From NCBI RefSeq assembly GCF_006345805.1, contig NC_043001.1:33294001-33358000 (forward strand): DNA of 64,000 nucleotides, in the 5' to 3' direction. This document shows, piece after piece, positions 12,380-24,620 of this stretch. This DNA is from Octopus sinensis (taxonomy: Eukaryota). The notes below the pieces were generated by a model that saw only the letters and a list, made by a program, of their open reading frames with translations, was not told the origin of the DNA and ran no database searches. Numbering within the stretch: position 1 is the first letter of the stretch; the number at the start of each line of letters is the position of its first letter. The position numbers were made by a program, and so were the translations under genes.

Positions 12380-13092
12380 GTAAAGCATTTTCTTTTAAAT
12401 TCAATCCGTTCAGTTTTCGTTTTTATTTGTTATTCATTTTAAAATGATTTTGTGGTTATTTATATCGATAAAATTCAAAGTATATGTAAACTTGAAGGGT
12501 CCAATATAATTAAATGTCATATATACATACATACATACATACATAAATGCATACATATATACATGCACATACTTAAATACGTGCATACATACATACTTAC
12601 GTACGTACGTACGTATGTGTGTGTGAGGGAGAGGGGGGGAGAGAGGGAGAGAGAGAGTAAACTTTAGAATAGTTCAAATAATTTGGGGACATAATTGACC
12701 TGTACAAAGATATTTCTACTGCGATTTTGATATCTGATACTGAGGAGAGCACTAAGACCTCATAAAGGCATCTACTGATCCACAGGGGGCCTTACGAACA
12801 TTTTATGGTGTGTTCAGACCTATTGTCTATAGCGAGTATTTCTTCCATGGGAAAACGCAATGGAAAAAATAGTAATAAATTTGGGGGGACGCCCGAGCTG
12901 ATTTTGCCGACTTTACACAATCCGACTACTACTTATTTAATTCAAACCTGGTGAGATTTTAACGACGAATTTACTCAATGAAATATCGAAGCTGTAACGA
13001 TTTTGTCTTATTACCCACCTTTAAAGTGCTTTGGTTTACTAATTCTGCCATTTTACGACGTTTACAGTAATACTGCTAATAATTTGTTAATA

Positions 13093-13568
13093 TAGGCGCA
13101 GGAGTGGCCATAGGCGCAGGAGTGGCCATGGGCGCAGGAGTGGCCATAGGCGCAGGAGTGGCTGTGTGGTAAGTAGCTTGCTAACCAACCACACGGTTCC
13201 GGGTTCAGTTCCACTGCGTGGCATATTGGGCAAGTGTCTTCTACTATAGCCCCGGGCCGACCAATGCCTTGTGAGTGGATTTGGTAGACGGAAACTGAAA
13301 GAAGCCTGTCGTATATATATATATATGTGTGTGTGTTTGTGTGTCTGTGTTTGTTCCTCTAGCATTGGCTTGACAACCGATGCTGGTGTGTTTACGTCCC
13401 CGTCACTTAGCGGTTCGGCAAAAAGAGACCGATAGAATAAGTACTGGGCTTACAAAAAGAATATGTCCCGCGGTCGAGTTGCTCGACTAAAAGGCGGTGC
13501 TCCAGCATGGCCGCAGTCAAATGACTGAAACAAGTAAAAGAGAGTAAAAGAGTAAGAGTAAAAAGAGT
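13093..13568 (+). mobile_element. tRNA-derived SINE, family A (internal (TA)n(TG)n, AAAAGAGT tail), ending about 40 nt before the terminal-exon acceptor; also in units 2 (about 15680-16155) and 3 (about 18210-18646)
   Basis: Head GGCGCAGGAGTGGCTGTGTGG..GGTTCAGTTCC, TTGGGCAAGTG core. The 18-bp head is tandemly repeated x4 in units 1 and 2 and x2 in unit 3. Confidence 0.85.
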
Positions 13569-13609
13569 ATAATAAAACATGTCATGTTCTGTTTTGCTTC
13601 TGTTTGCAG

Positions 13610-13892
13610 ATATTACTTCAACAAAAAGGAGAATAGATGTAAACATTTCATGTGCGCTGGAAAAGGAAGGAACGGCAATAACTTTCCCAGTATCGAAAAA
13701 TGTCAAAATACATGCATGAGTATTTGTAAACTACCATTTGATGTGGCCCATGTGAGGGCGCTTTTCCGCGCTTTTACTACGATTATAAATCGCAGGATGC
13801 AGAGATTCACTTATGGAGGGTGTCTCGGAAACAGAAATAATTTTAAGACTATCCAGTATTGTCAAAAGGCATGCGGGAATTTTCAAAGTTAA
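13610..13892 (+). CDS. Kunitz gene 1 terminal exon copy a: C-half of domain 2 plus domain 3 (P1 Glu type), with three 1-nt deletions that restore the frame
   Basis: Acceptor tgtttgcAG at 13608-09, stop TAA at 13890-92. 283 nt versus 286 in copies b and c; the deletions are tt>t, aa>a and gg>g relative to copy b, probably sequencing errors. Confidence 0.8.
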
Positions 13893-14174
13893 AATATTTC
13901 CAGTTACAGGGATGTGTCATTGAATCAAAAATCAGCGAAAGGACGCTTGATTTTCTTACTGAAATTTATCTTTAAGCAAAGAAAAGAAGTTGTGAAAATT
14001 AAATCAAAATTCAACAGATTCTCCCCAATGTATGTCAGCCACCGACAAATCTTGTTCAAGACTTGCTAACAAGTTTTTTCCTTTATATTTTCAAATGTAA
14101 TTCGAATAACACGGAAAACAGTTATCTCCCTTCCCTGCTTCAGACATAGTTAAAGCAAAATGATATTTTAGATG

Positions 14175-14180
14175 AATAAA
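14175..14180 (+). promoter_or_regulatory. Poly(A) signal, gene 1 terminal exon copy a
   Basis: AATAAA inside a block (AATAAAATATATTTGTAA) that is also conserved in the gene 2 3' UTR. Confidence 0.7.
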
Positions 14181-14276
14181 ATATATTTGTAAATAATGAA
14201 GTACTGTTTAAATTCCTGTATCTTTTATGTTTTACATTTTTTTGTATATAATAAATAGTAAATCATATATAAAATA

Positions 14277-14331
<55 letters not shown>

Positions 14332-14503
14332 TATATATATATATTCGAGTTTAAACAGCCGAAATGCTAAGATGATCCGGTTCCCGACTGAAGATTAGAG
14401 GCTTCGAGTGACCCGTCTGTTTTTTTTTTTTTTGTGTCGTCTCTTTGTGTTTTTGCGTTCTTGTCCACTTTGTAATTTATATTTTATATTTAATTCTATA
14501 CAC

Positions 14504-14595
<92 letters not shown>

Positions 14596-14619
14596 ATATA
14601 TATATACATACATAAATAT

Positions 14620-14811
14620 ATATATATAAAACTGAGAATGTGTGTCTGTCTGTCTGTCTGTTTCCCTAAAACTTGAGAACTACACAACCAATTTCATTCA
14701 AATTTTACACATGCCTTACTTAGGGTCCGGGGAGTGTCATCGGCAAAAAGAATATTTTTTACTTTTTGCCTAACGCGAGCCCACAGCAATATCATATCTT
14801 CTCCACTACGA
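14620..14811 (+). mobile_element. 5' part of the same Helitron-like element, truncated at the duplication junction (also 17195-17384)
   Basis: Homologous to 19635-19819 up to ...CTCCACTACGA, then replaced by an 83-bp filler. Confidence 0.7.
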
Positions 14812-14894
14812 ATCACCCTGTTATTTAATACGTACGTACACAAACATCAACAAAACGAATAGTGCTGGAACACTCCCATCAAAGCACCTGTCAG

Positions 14895-14956
14895 GTGTGT
14901 ACAAATGTTTGTAGTTTGCCTGTAGTAAATGGAACAGGTTGGGAAACTATGAGAAG
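14895..14956 (+). pseudogene. Duplicated 3' fragment (62 nt) of gene 1 exon 2 at the start of repeat unit 2
   Basis: Matches 12318-12379 with 2 substitutions (I>N, G>E), keeps the AAG|GTAAAG donor, and is preceded by an 83-bp non-exonic filler ending in CAG. Confidence 0.85.
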
Positions 14957-16196
14957 GTAAAGCATTTTCTTTTAAATTCAATCCGTTCATTTTTCGTTTT
15001 TATTTGTTATTCATTTTAAAATGATTTTGTGGTTATTTATATCGATAAAATTCAAAGTATATGTAAACTTGAAGGGTCCAATATAATTAAATGTCATACA
15101 TACATACATACATACATAAATGCATACATATATACATGCACATACTTAAATACGTGCATACATACATACTTACGTAGTACGTACGTACGTATGTGTGTGT
15201 GAGGAGAGCGAGAGGGGGGAGAGAGAGGGAGAGAGAGAAACTTTAGAATAAGTTTCATTAGTTCAAATAATTTGGGGACATAATTGACCTGTACAAAGAT
15301 ATTTCTACTGCGATTTTGATATCTGATACTGAGGAGAGCACTAAGACCTCATAAAGGCATCTACCGATCCACAGGGGGCCTTACGAACATTTTATGGTGT
15401 GTTCAGACCTATTGTCTATAGCGAGTATTTCTTCCATGGGAAAACGCAATGGAAAAAATAGTAATAAATTTGGGGGGACGCCCGAGCTGATTTTGCCGAC
15501 TTTACACAATCCGACTACTACTTATTTAATTCAAACCTGGTGAGATTTTAACGACATATTTACTCAATGAAATATCGAAGCTGTAACGATTTTGTCTTAT
15601 TACCCACCTTTAAATTGCTTTGGTTTACTAATTCTGCCATTTTACGACGTTTACAGTAATACTGCTAATAATTTGTTAATATAGGCGCAGGAGTGGCCAT
15701 AGGCGCAGGAGTGGCCATGGGCGCAGGAGTGGCCATAGGCGCAGGAGTGGCTGTGTGGTAAGTAGCTTGCTAACCAACCACACGGTTCCGGGTTCAGTTC
15801 CACTGCGTGGCATATTGGGCAAGTGTCTTCTACTATAGCCCCGGGCCGACCAATGCCTTGTGAGTGGATTTGGTAGACGGAAACTGAAAGAAGCCTGTCG
15901 TATATATATATATGTGTGTGTGTTTGTGTGTCTGTGTTTGTTCCTCTAGCATTGGCTTGACAACCGATGCTGGTGTGTTTACGTCCCCGTCACTTAGCGG
16001 TTCGGCAAAAAGAGACCGATAGAATAAGTACTGGGCTTACAAAAAGAATATGTCCCGCGGTCGAGTTGCTCGACTAAAAGGCGGTGCTCCAGCATGGCCG
16101 CAGTCAAATGACTGAAACAAGTAAAAGAGAGTAAAAGAGTAAGAGTAAAAAGAGTATAATAAAACATGTCATGTTCTGTTTTGCTTCTGTTTGCAG

Positions 16197-16482
16197 ATAT
16201 TACTTCAACAAAAAGGAGAATAGATGTAAACATTTCATGTGCGCTGGAAAAGGAAGGAACGGCAATAACTTTCCCAGTATCGAAAAATGTCAAAATACAT
16301 GCATGAGTGTTTGTAAACTACCATTTGATGTTGGCCCATGTGAGGGCGCTTTTCCGCGCTTTTACTACGATTATAAATCGCAGGAATGCAGGAGATTCAC
16401 TTATGGAGGGTGTCTCGGAAACAGAAATAATTTTAAGACTATCCAGTATTGTCAAAAGGCATGCGGGAATTTTCAAAGTTAA
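16197..16482 (+). CDS. Kunitz gene 1 terminal exon copy b (YYFNKKENRC...CKLPFDVGPCEGAFPRFYY...CQKACGNFQS*), domain 3 P1 = Glu
   Basis: Intact acceptor at 16195-96, 286-nt open exon in phase 2, canonical six-Cys domain 3, own 3' UTR and AATAAA. Confidence 0.85.
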
Positions 16483-16763
16483 AATATTTCCAGTTACAGG
16501 GATGTGTCATTGAATCAAAAATCAGCGAAAGGACGCTTGATTTTCTTACTGAAATTTATTTTTAAAGCAAAGAAAAAAGTTGTGAAAATTAAATCAAAAT
16601 TCAACAGATTCTCCCCAATGTATGTCAGCCACCGACAAATCTTGTTCAAGACTTGCTAACAAGTTTTTTCCTTTATATTTTCAAATGTAATTCGAATAAC
16701 ACGGAAAACAGTTATCTCCCTTCCCTGCTTCCACATAGTTAAAGCAAAATGATATTTTAGATG

Positions 16764-16769
16764 AATAAA
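16764..16769 (+). promoter_or_regulatory. Poly(A) signal, terminal exon copy b
   Basis: Same conserved AATAAA block. Confidence 0.7.
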
Positions 16770-16874
16770 ATATATTTGTAAATAATGAAGTACTGTTTAA
16801 TTCCTGTATCTTTTATGTTTTACATTTTTTTGTATATAATAAATAGTAAATCATATATAAAATATGATATATAT

Positions 16875-16931
<57 letters not shown>

Positions 16932-17086
16932 GTTTTAAACAGCCGAAATTGCTAAGATGATCCGGTTCCCGACTGAAGATTAGAGGCTTCGAGTGACCCG
17001 TCTGTTTTTTTTTTTTTTGTGTCGTCTCTTTGTGTTTTTGCGTTCTTGTCCCACTTTGTAATTTATATTTTATATTTAATTTCTAT

Positions 17087-17188
<102 letters not shown>

Positions 17189-17467
17189 TAGACATATATA
17201 TAAAACTGAGAATGTGTGTCTGTCTGTCTGTCTGTTTCCCTAAAACTTGAGAACTACACAACCAATTTCATTCAAATTTTACACATGCCTTACTTAGGGT
17301 CCGGGGAGTGTCATCGGCAAAAAGAATATTTTTACTTTTTGCCTAACGCGAGCCCACAGCAATATCATATCTTCTCCACTACGAATCACCCTGTTATTTA
17401 ATACGTACGTACACAAACATCAACAAAACGAATAGTGCTGGAACACTCCCATCAAAGCACCTGTCAG

Positions 17468-17529
17468 GTGTGTACAAATGTTTGTAGTTTGCCTGTAGTA
17501 AATGGAACAGGTTGGGAAACTATGAGAAG
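17468..17529 (+). pseudogene. Duplicated 3' fragment (62 nt) of gene 1 exon 2 at the start of repeat unit 3
   Basis: Identical to 14895-14956 and preceded by the same filler. Confidence 0.85.
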
Positions 17530-18687
17530 GTAAAGCATTTTCTTTTAAATTCAATCCGTTCATTTTTCGTTTTTATTTGTTATTCATTTTAAAATGATTT
17601 TGTGGTTATTTATATCGATAAAATTCAAAGTATATGTAAACTTGAAGGGTCCAATATAAATAAATGTCATACATACATACATACATACATAAATGCATAC
17701 ATATATACATGCACATACTTAAATACGTGCATACATACATACTTACGTACGTACGTACGTACGTATGTGTGTGTGAGAGAGAGAGGGGGAGAGAGAGGGA
17801 GAGAGAGAGTAAACTTTAGAATAGTTCAAATAATTTGGGGACATAATTGACCTGTACAAAGATATTTCTACTGCGATTTTGATATCTGATACTGAGGAGA
17901 GCACTAAGACCTCGTAAAGGCATCTACCGATCCACAGGGGGCCTTACGAACATTTTATGGTGTGTTCAGACCTATTGTCTATAGCGAGTATTTTTTCCAT
18001 GGGAAAACGCAATGGAAAAAATAGTAATAAATTTGAGGGGACGCCCGAGCTGATTTTGCCGACTTTACACAATCCGACTACTACTTATTTAATTCAAACC
18101 TGGTGAGATTTTAACGACGAATTTACTCAATGAAATATCGAAGCTGTAACGATTTTGTCTTATTACCCACCTTTAAAGTGCTTTGGTTTACTAATTCTGC
18201 CATTTTACGACAGGCGCAGGAGTGGCCATGGGCGCAGGAGTGGCTGTGTGGTAAGTAGCTTGCTAACCAACCACACGGTTCCGGGTTCAGTTCCACTGCG
18301 TGGCATATTGGGCAAGTGTCTTCTACTATAGCCCCGGGCCGACCAATGCCTTGTGAGTGGATTTGGTAGACGGAAACTGAAAGAAGCCTGTCGTATATAT
18401 ATATGTGTGTGTGTTTGTGTGTCTGTGTTTGTTCCTCTAGCATTGGCTTGACAACCGATGCTGGTGTGTTTACGTCCCCGTCACTTAGCGGTTCGGCAAA
18501 AAGAGACCGACAGAATAAGTACTGGGCTTACAAAAAGAATATGTCCCGGGGTCGAGTTGCTCGACTAAAAGGCGGTGCTCCAGCATGACCGCAGTCAAAT
18601 GACTGAAACAAGTAAAAGAGAGTAAAAGAGTAAGAGTAAAAAGAGTATAATAAAACATGTCATGTTCTGTTTTGCTTCTGTTTGCAG

Positions 18688-18973
18688 ATATTACTTCAAC
18701 AAAAAGGAGAATAGATGTAAACATTTCATGTGCGCTGGAAAAGGAAGGAACGGCAATAACTTTCCCAGTATCGAAAAATGTCAAAATACATGCATGAGTG
18801 TTTGTAAACTACCATATGATGTTGGCCAATGTCGTGGCTATTTTCCGCGCTTTTACTACGATTATAAATCGCAGGAATGCAGGAGATTCACTTATGGAGG
18901 GTGTCTCGGAAACAGAAATAATTTTAAGACTATCCAGTATTGTCAAAAGGCATGCGGGAATTTTCAAAGTTAA
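18688..18973 (+). CDS. Kunitz gene 1 terminal exon copy c (...CKLPYDVGQCRGYFPRFYY...), domain 3 P1 = Arg
   Basis: Intact acceptor at 18686-87, 286-nt open exon. Identical to copy b except for 7 nt in the reactive loop. Confidence 0.85.
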
Positions 18974-19257
18974 AATATTTCCAGTTACAGGGATGTGTCA
19001 TTGAATCAAAAATCAGCGAAAGGACGCTTGATTTTCTTACTGAAATTTATCTTTAAGCAAAGAAAAGAAGTTGTGAAAATTAAATCAAAATTCAACAGAT
19101 TCTCCCCAATGTATGTCAGCCACCGACAAATCTTGTTCAAGACTTGCTAACAGAGACATTTTTCTTTATATTTTCAAATGTAGTTCGAATAACACGGAAA
19201 ACAGTTATCTCCCTTCCCTGCTTCAGACATAGTTAAAGCAAAATGATATTTTAGATG

Positions 19258-19263
19258 AATAAA
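19258..19263 (+). promoter_or_regulatory. Poly(A) signal, terminal exon copy c
   Basis: Same conserved AATAAA block. Confidence 0.7.
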
Positions 19264-19581
19264 ATATATTTGTAAATAATGAAGTACTGTTTAAATTTCT
19301 GTATCTTTTATGTTTTACATTTTTTGTATATAATAAATAAAAATCATATATAAAATATGATATATATATATATATATATTCGAGATTAAACAGCCGAAAT
19401 TGCTAAGATGATCCGGTTCCCGACTGAAGATTAGAGGCTTCGAGTGACCCGTCTGTTTTTTTTTTTTTTTTGTGTCGTCTCTTTGTGTTTTGCGTTCTTG
19501 TCCCACTTGTAATTTATATTTATATGTAATTTCTATCATTTATATATTAATATATATTATAATATATATATATATATATAT

Positions 19582-19616
<35 letters not shown>

Positions 19617-19634
19617 ACATACATACAAATATAA

Positions 19635-20766
19635 ATATATATAAAACTGAGAATCTGTCTGTGTCGTCTGTTCCCTAAAACTTGAGAACTACACAACCAA
19701 TTTCATTCAATTTTACACATGCCTTACTTAGGGACCGGGGAGTGTCATCGGCAAAAATAATATTTTTAACTTTTTGCCTAGCGCGAGCCCACAGCAATAT
19801 CATATCTTCTCCACTACGATTCCCTAAAATTTGAGAACTACACAACTAATTTCATTCAAATTTTACACATTCCTTACTTAGGGTCCATGTAGTTTCATGG
19901 GCAAAAAAAATGTTCAACTTCTTGCCTAGAGCGAGCCCATAGCAATATCATATCTTCTCCACTATTTCAGTATTACGTGTTAAAAGTTAAACAAAAATAT
20001 TTCTCTATTTTATGTCAGATAAAAATAATAATAACAATTGAATTATATGTAGTAAGTAATAATTAAAATCAAACTAAAATATAATACAATCGTAACATAA
20101 CAAAAGTAAAAATAGCAACTGGTATAAAATTACATCAATGACTTGAACTTGAATAAGTGGTTTCACATGAATGGGAATAAATCAAAAATAAAATTAGCGC
20201 GCAGAAATGGAATAGTCCAGATAGATAATAAAAAATTAAGTCTATAAAGTATACAATGTAGAGAAAAAAATTTGAACACCTGGAGGAAAGCACCTTCGAA
20301 AAGTGTCTTGGTTCGACTATTAAAGATATCTAACCAGAGGTGGTAAATTCGCCGCAATAGAAGCAAGGTTCGAGTCAACGGAGCGTGCAAGGGAGTACTC
20401 GACTCGAAATTGCAAAGTGGAAATATTTTATTTTTACCTTTATATCTAGGACGTGGGACGTCCCGGATAAAATTTAAAATTCCCCCACCCCCAGCAGTAG
20501 ATATAGGCTGGATTGTAGCCACACTTCTATACAAGAGGGAGGACAAGATACAATTGATCGAAATTGCAAGAGACGGGCTTACAATTCCAGTCTGTTATAT
20601 ATTTTGAGTATTCTTATCACTAGCGATATCAAGATATAACTTTTTATTTTGCATTTTATGTGTAGATGTATATATATATAGATGTACATGTAATATGTAC
20701 ACATATATATACACATATATACATGCACTATCACTAGGACCCGGCAAAGACGGGTCATAATGCTAG
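19635..20766 (+). mobile_element. Non-autonomous Helitron-like element, complete, with an internal tandem duplication near 19660-19970
   Basis: Starts in TATATATAAAA followed by GTCT repeats. Ends with hairpin GACCCG-N7-CGGGTC (20738-56) and CTAG|T. Confidence 0.7.
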
Positions 20767-20812
<46 letters not shown>

Positions 20813-20819
20813 GTATATG

Positions 20820-20860
<41 letters not shown>

Positions 20861-20879
20861 ATTTATATATACATGCATA

Positions 20880-21480
20880 TATGGGTACAGGACATCACCA
20901 ACGGTGCAAATAACAAGAAATATGTAAACAACGAGAAAAACTGGACAAGTAAACACAGAAAACATCAGTTGTCAGCTGTCTATCTACTCCTCATTTCCAG
21001 CATTCAACGACAATATAAGTCTTCAAAGACAGTTATTCTCATAAATTCTACAATAAAATTTAGGATTTATGGAGGGTCAAAGTTGGGAACAAAAGCGTGA
21101 AAGTGGAGACATACAAGGAAACCGAACGAAAACAAACACAGAGGGTCGTTAGACCAGAACGAGAGGAAAATACTGAACGCTGTGAGAAACATTTTTTTGA
21201 AAAGAGAAAAGATAGAAGAGACAGAGAGAAAAAATACACGTCCCTTGTTTTGAACGTCCGTGCAGGAAAAGAAAGATGGCTACGTGAGGAAAAGAAAGAT
21301 GGACGATGATCACGCGTGAGCAACGAGAGAAAGTAAAAGAGAAAGAGGGAAGACAGAGTGAAAGAGAAAGAGTGGAGAGAGAGAGTAAAAGAGAAAGAGG
21401 GGAGAGAGAGAGTAAAAGAGAAAGAGGGGAAAGAGAGCGAGAGAGAGAGCGATAGATAGAACGGTGAGGGAGGGGGAGAA
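20880..21480. repeat. Interspersed repeat family with purine-rich tracts (also about 39650-40380, and inverted about 61200-61790), Penelope pLTR-like
   Basis: Shared GTACAGGAC..AACGAGAAA start and (AG)-rich segment. Degenerate (C)TGAAGA..GAAA motifs on the opposite strand. Confidence 0.5.
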
Positions 21481-23604
21481 AAAGGGAATTATATATACCC
21501 GCGCAAGCACGCACACACGCTCATATATATGTCTCGGGGCTGCGGTGGTGGGAAGTGTTACTCTGTGTGTGTGTGTGGTGTGTGTGTGTGTGTTGTGTGT
21601 GTGTGTGTGTTGACAACAGAGCAGAGCTAATCCACTAGTGGAACATCATGAACGAAGCGTTGCGTTGTTATGTTACGTTTCTTCACATCCTGAGTTTCAA
21701 ACTTCCCTAGAGTCAACTTTACCTATGGTTATTTCGAGGTTGATGTATTAAATAACCGTTAAACCTTTAACCAGTAAATTGACTAGCCATCCATAATATA
21801 TGTGGCCTGGTGCCTATGCGAGATAACAATAATAGACAACGCTGTTGTTTGTTTATGAGAAATACCCAAGAGAGATAACTCTGGTCAGATTTAAAAGTAT
21901 AACTTAAACTAAAACACAGTTAACAACATTGACTGGTTTGCGCTATTAGAGCGACAGGTCGTGAGAAATTCAGCAGATTCAGTGTCATAGAATATTTTGG
22001 CTTTAGCGAACTTTAGACCAGTTAAAATATATTTGTAACATATTTCAAATTCTGAAGGCAAATTCACTGCAATTAACATGGAGAAATATTTCTCTCTTAA
22101 GGTGAAAGGTGTAGATACACCATATCTGTCCAGTATTGCCATGTGTGGAAATATATCACGGTCGACAAGCATGTTGCGTAGATTCAAGGCCTGGGTTTAC
22201 AAACAGTCTGTCCTAGGTCTCATGGCTTCTGCTGATTTAAAAGCTTCCATTAAACAACAGCGCTGCCTTTCGAAAAGTAAGATCAATTGCTTTTCCTGCA
22301 AGGGACTGGTGTTCCTGGAACTTGCGCAGTGCAACACTGTAGAGGATCAGTAACATCTTGGCGCTCCTCTTTTCAGTGGCCTCACTGAAGAAATTATGTT
22401 AACAACAGAAAGAAAAGACTTACAGTACAGAGGTTCCAAATGCAAGAAGATTTCATCAGCCGACATCTAAGTGGTAACACAGTGGAAATGGTATGGACAA
22501 AGAGCAATGCAAATAGCACACCTAAGGCAAAGAAGCTGGTATCTGACATCTTGGTAATTGGCAGATTAGGTTTAGAAAAACTTCCCTAAAAAACTCTAAT
22601 TCAAACGACGAACAGCTTTTAATCAATTTTTTACCCCTATTGGTGTTCCCTCACGGGTGTTTGCATCACTTGATCGATCCCAGGGAAAGAAGCAGCCAAT
22701 TTGCTTAAAGACAACAAATCCAATAGCTCCCACAGAACTGGGGCTGCCAATTTCCATACAATAAGTGTTCAACACATCATTTAATATCAGCGACCTGTCT
22801 ACAGAGATCCCTCTTCACTCGGTATTAAAGTATGATATAGTATATGTATAAGCTACATATATATACGCATATATGATGTTGTTAAAACCATGGGTCGTTT
22901 GTTTTCCTTACATATGACACCTTTGACGGTTTCCTATTTTATTTCTTAAACAATACATGTCACTTATTTCTAGATGTTTATGAATAAGGGACAGTGGAAT
23001 ATCTGCAATCCGTAAATTACGTTGATTTACGTAAACAACGCAACTGGACGGTGGATTGGTATGATCGTTAGATCTTGAAGCAAAATATTTTAGCACATTT
23101 TTTCGTGTTCTCTATGCCCTGAGTTCAAATCCTGTCCAGGTCACTTGTGCAATTTGTTCTTCTGGAATCATTAATAAAGTACAGGTTTGATAAATAAAGT
23201 GCATCTATGTTTACTCCACTCTTCCACCCATTCTATCTTCAAAACATTAGCATTAATTTTTTTCCCCTATTTCTTTTGGATTCCTTATCTATATTTGACA
23301 TCCCTTGCATATGTTGCTATCATTTCATTTTTAACCGGAGTTACACATATGTTTTAGGTTCTTTCCATTTTTACTCTATCTCCCTCAGTCGCTCTCTCTC
23401 TCTCTTTCTCTCCCTCTCTCTCTTTCTCTCTCTCTCTATTTATCTATCTACCCATCTATTTTATCTATCTCTTTTCTCTCTATCTATCTATCTTATCTCA
23501 TCCACTCTCTCCCTTCCTCTCTCTCTCTCTCTCTCTCTCAATCTATCTGTCTATCTATCCATCTATCTATCTTGCCTCGTCCACTCTCTCCCCTCCTCTC
23601 TATC

Positions 23605-23638
<34 letters not shown>

Positions 23639-23705
23639 AATCTATTTATCTATCCATCTATCCATCTCTTTTCTCTCTATCTATCTTATTTCATCTACTC
23701 TCCCC

Positions 23706-23742
<37 letters not shown>

Positions 23743-23939
23743 CCTTTTCATTCATGAACTCTGTTTCCTCTCTGATTCTACACCCCTACCTGTATGGTTA
23801 AGGAACTGCTTTGCAACCACATGGTTTCCGGATCAGTTACATTGTCCGACATTATAGACAAGCGTTTTCAACGACAGCCCCGCGTTGACCAACATCTTGT
23901 GAGTGAATTTGGCGGAAACTGTCTGAAAGTCCGTTGACG

Positions 23940-23984
<45 letters not shown>

Positions 23985-24249
23985 TTCTTTATGTTTGTGT
24001 TTCTCATACACACATACCACTTGACAATCAGGGTTGGTTTGTTTACATCCCTGTAAATTAGCGGTTCGGAAAAAAGGATCGGTAGAATAAGTACCAACCT
24101 TAAAAAATAAATACTAGGGCGATTCTTTCGACTAAACCCTTCAAAGCGATGCTGCATCATGGCCGCAGTCCAATGACTGAAGCAAATGAAGGATTTATTT
24201 CTTTGTTTGCTTCCTCTTCTTTTAATTATATTGTCGAGTTGCTCCATTT

Positions 24250-24620
24250 ATGTTTCCTGACCTCCAAAATAGCTTTGATAAACAAGCGCTTCATATCAAA
24301 GTTACATAGGAGCTAAACAAAATTAAATGAGATGTAGACTAGCCGCACATCAACACTCTTTAAGAAATAGAAACAGAATTAACTCGACTGGATTAAGTAA
24401 GTATATTTGGGAACTCAAAGATAGTGATATTGGCTTAACGTTAGAATGGGAGATCCTCGCTTCTGCACCTTTGTGCAATGTAAAATATAGGAAATGTTAT
24501 CTTTGCATCAATGAATTTTTTTCATTCTAACAGCACAACATCCTCTATTGAACCTAAGAGAAGAGAGAAGCTTAACTTGCCTGGACAAGGGGAAGTTTAC
24601 CTTTGCTAAATATAAATAAC
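24250..24620 (+). mobile_element. Penelope-like element (probably Naiad-type) GIY-YIG endonuclease remnant
   Basis: SYIG..RCRLAAHQHSL..STGLSKYIWELK..WEIL..KCYLC pattern, with stops. Confidence 0.75.

Noticed and set aside
13093-13165. 18-bp direct repeats x4 resembling a CRISPR-like array
   Set aside because: There are no spacers. This is a tandem duplication of a SINE head in eukaryotic DNA.
13584-13609. ATG start for a stand-alone two-domain Kunitz ORF (MFCFASVCR...; also 16171, 18662 and 32108)
   Set aside because: This sequence is the intronic polypyrimidine tract and acceptor. There is no signal peptide and domain 2 would lack its N-terminal half.
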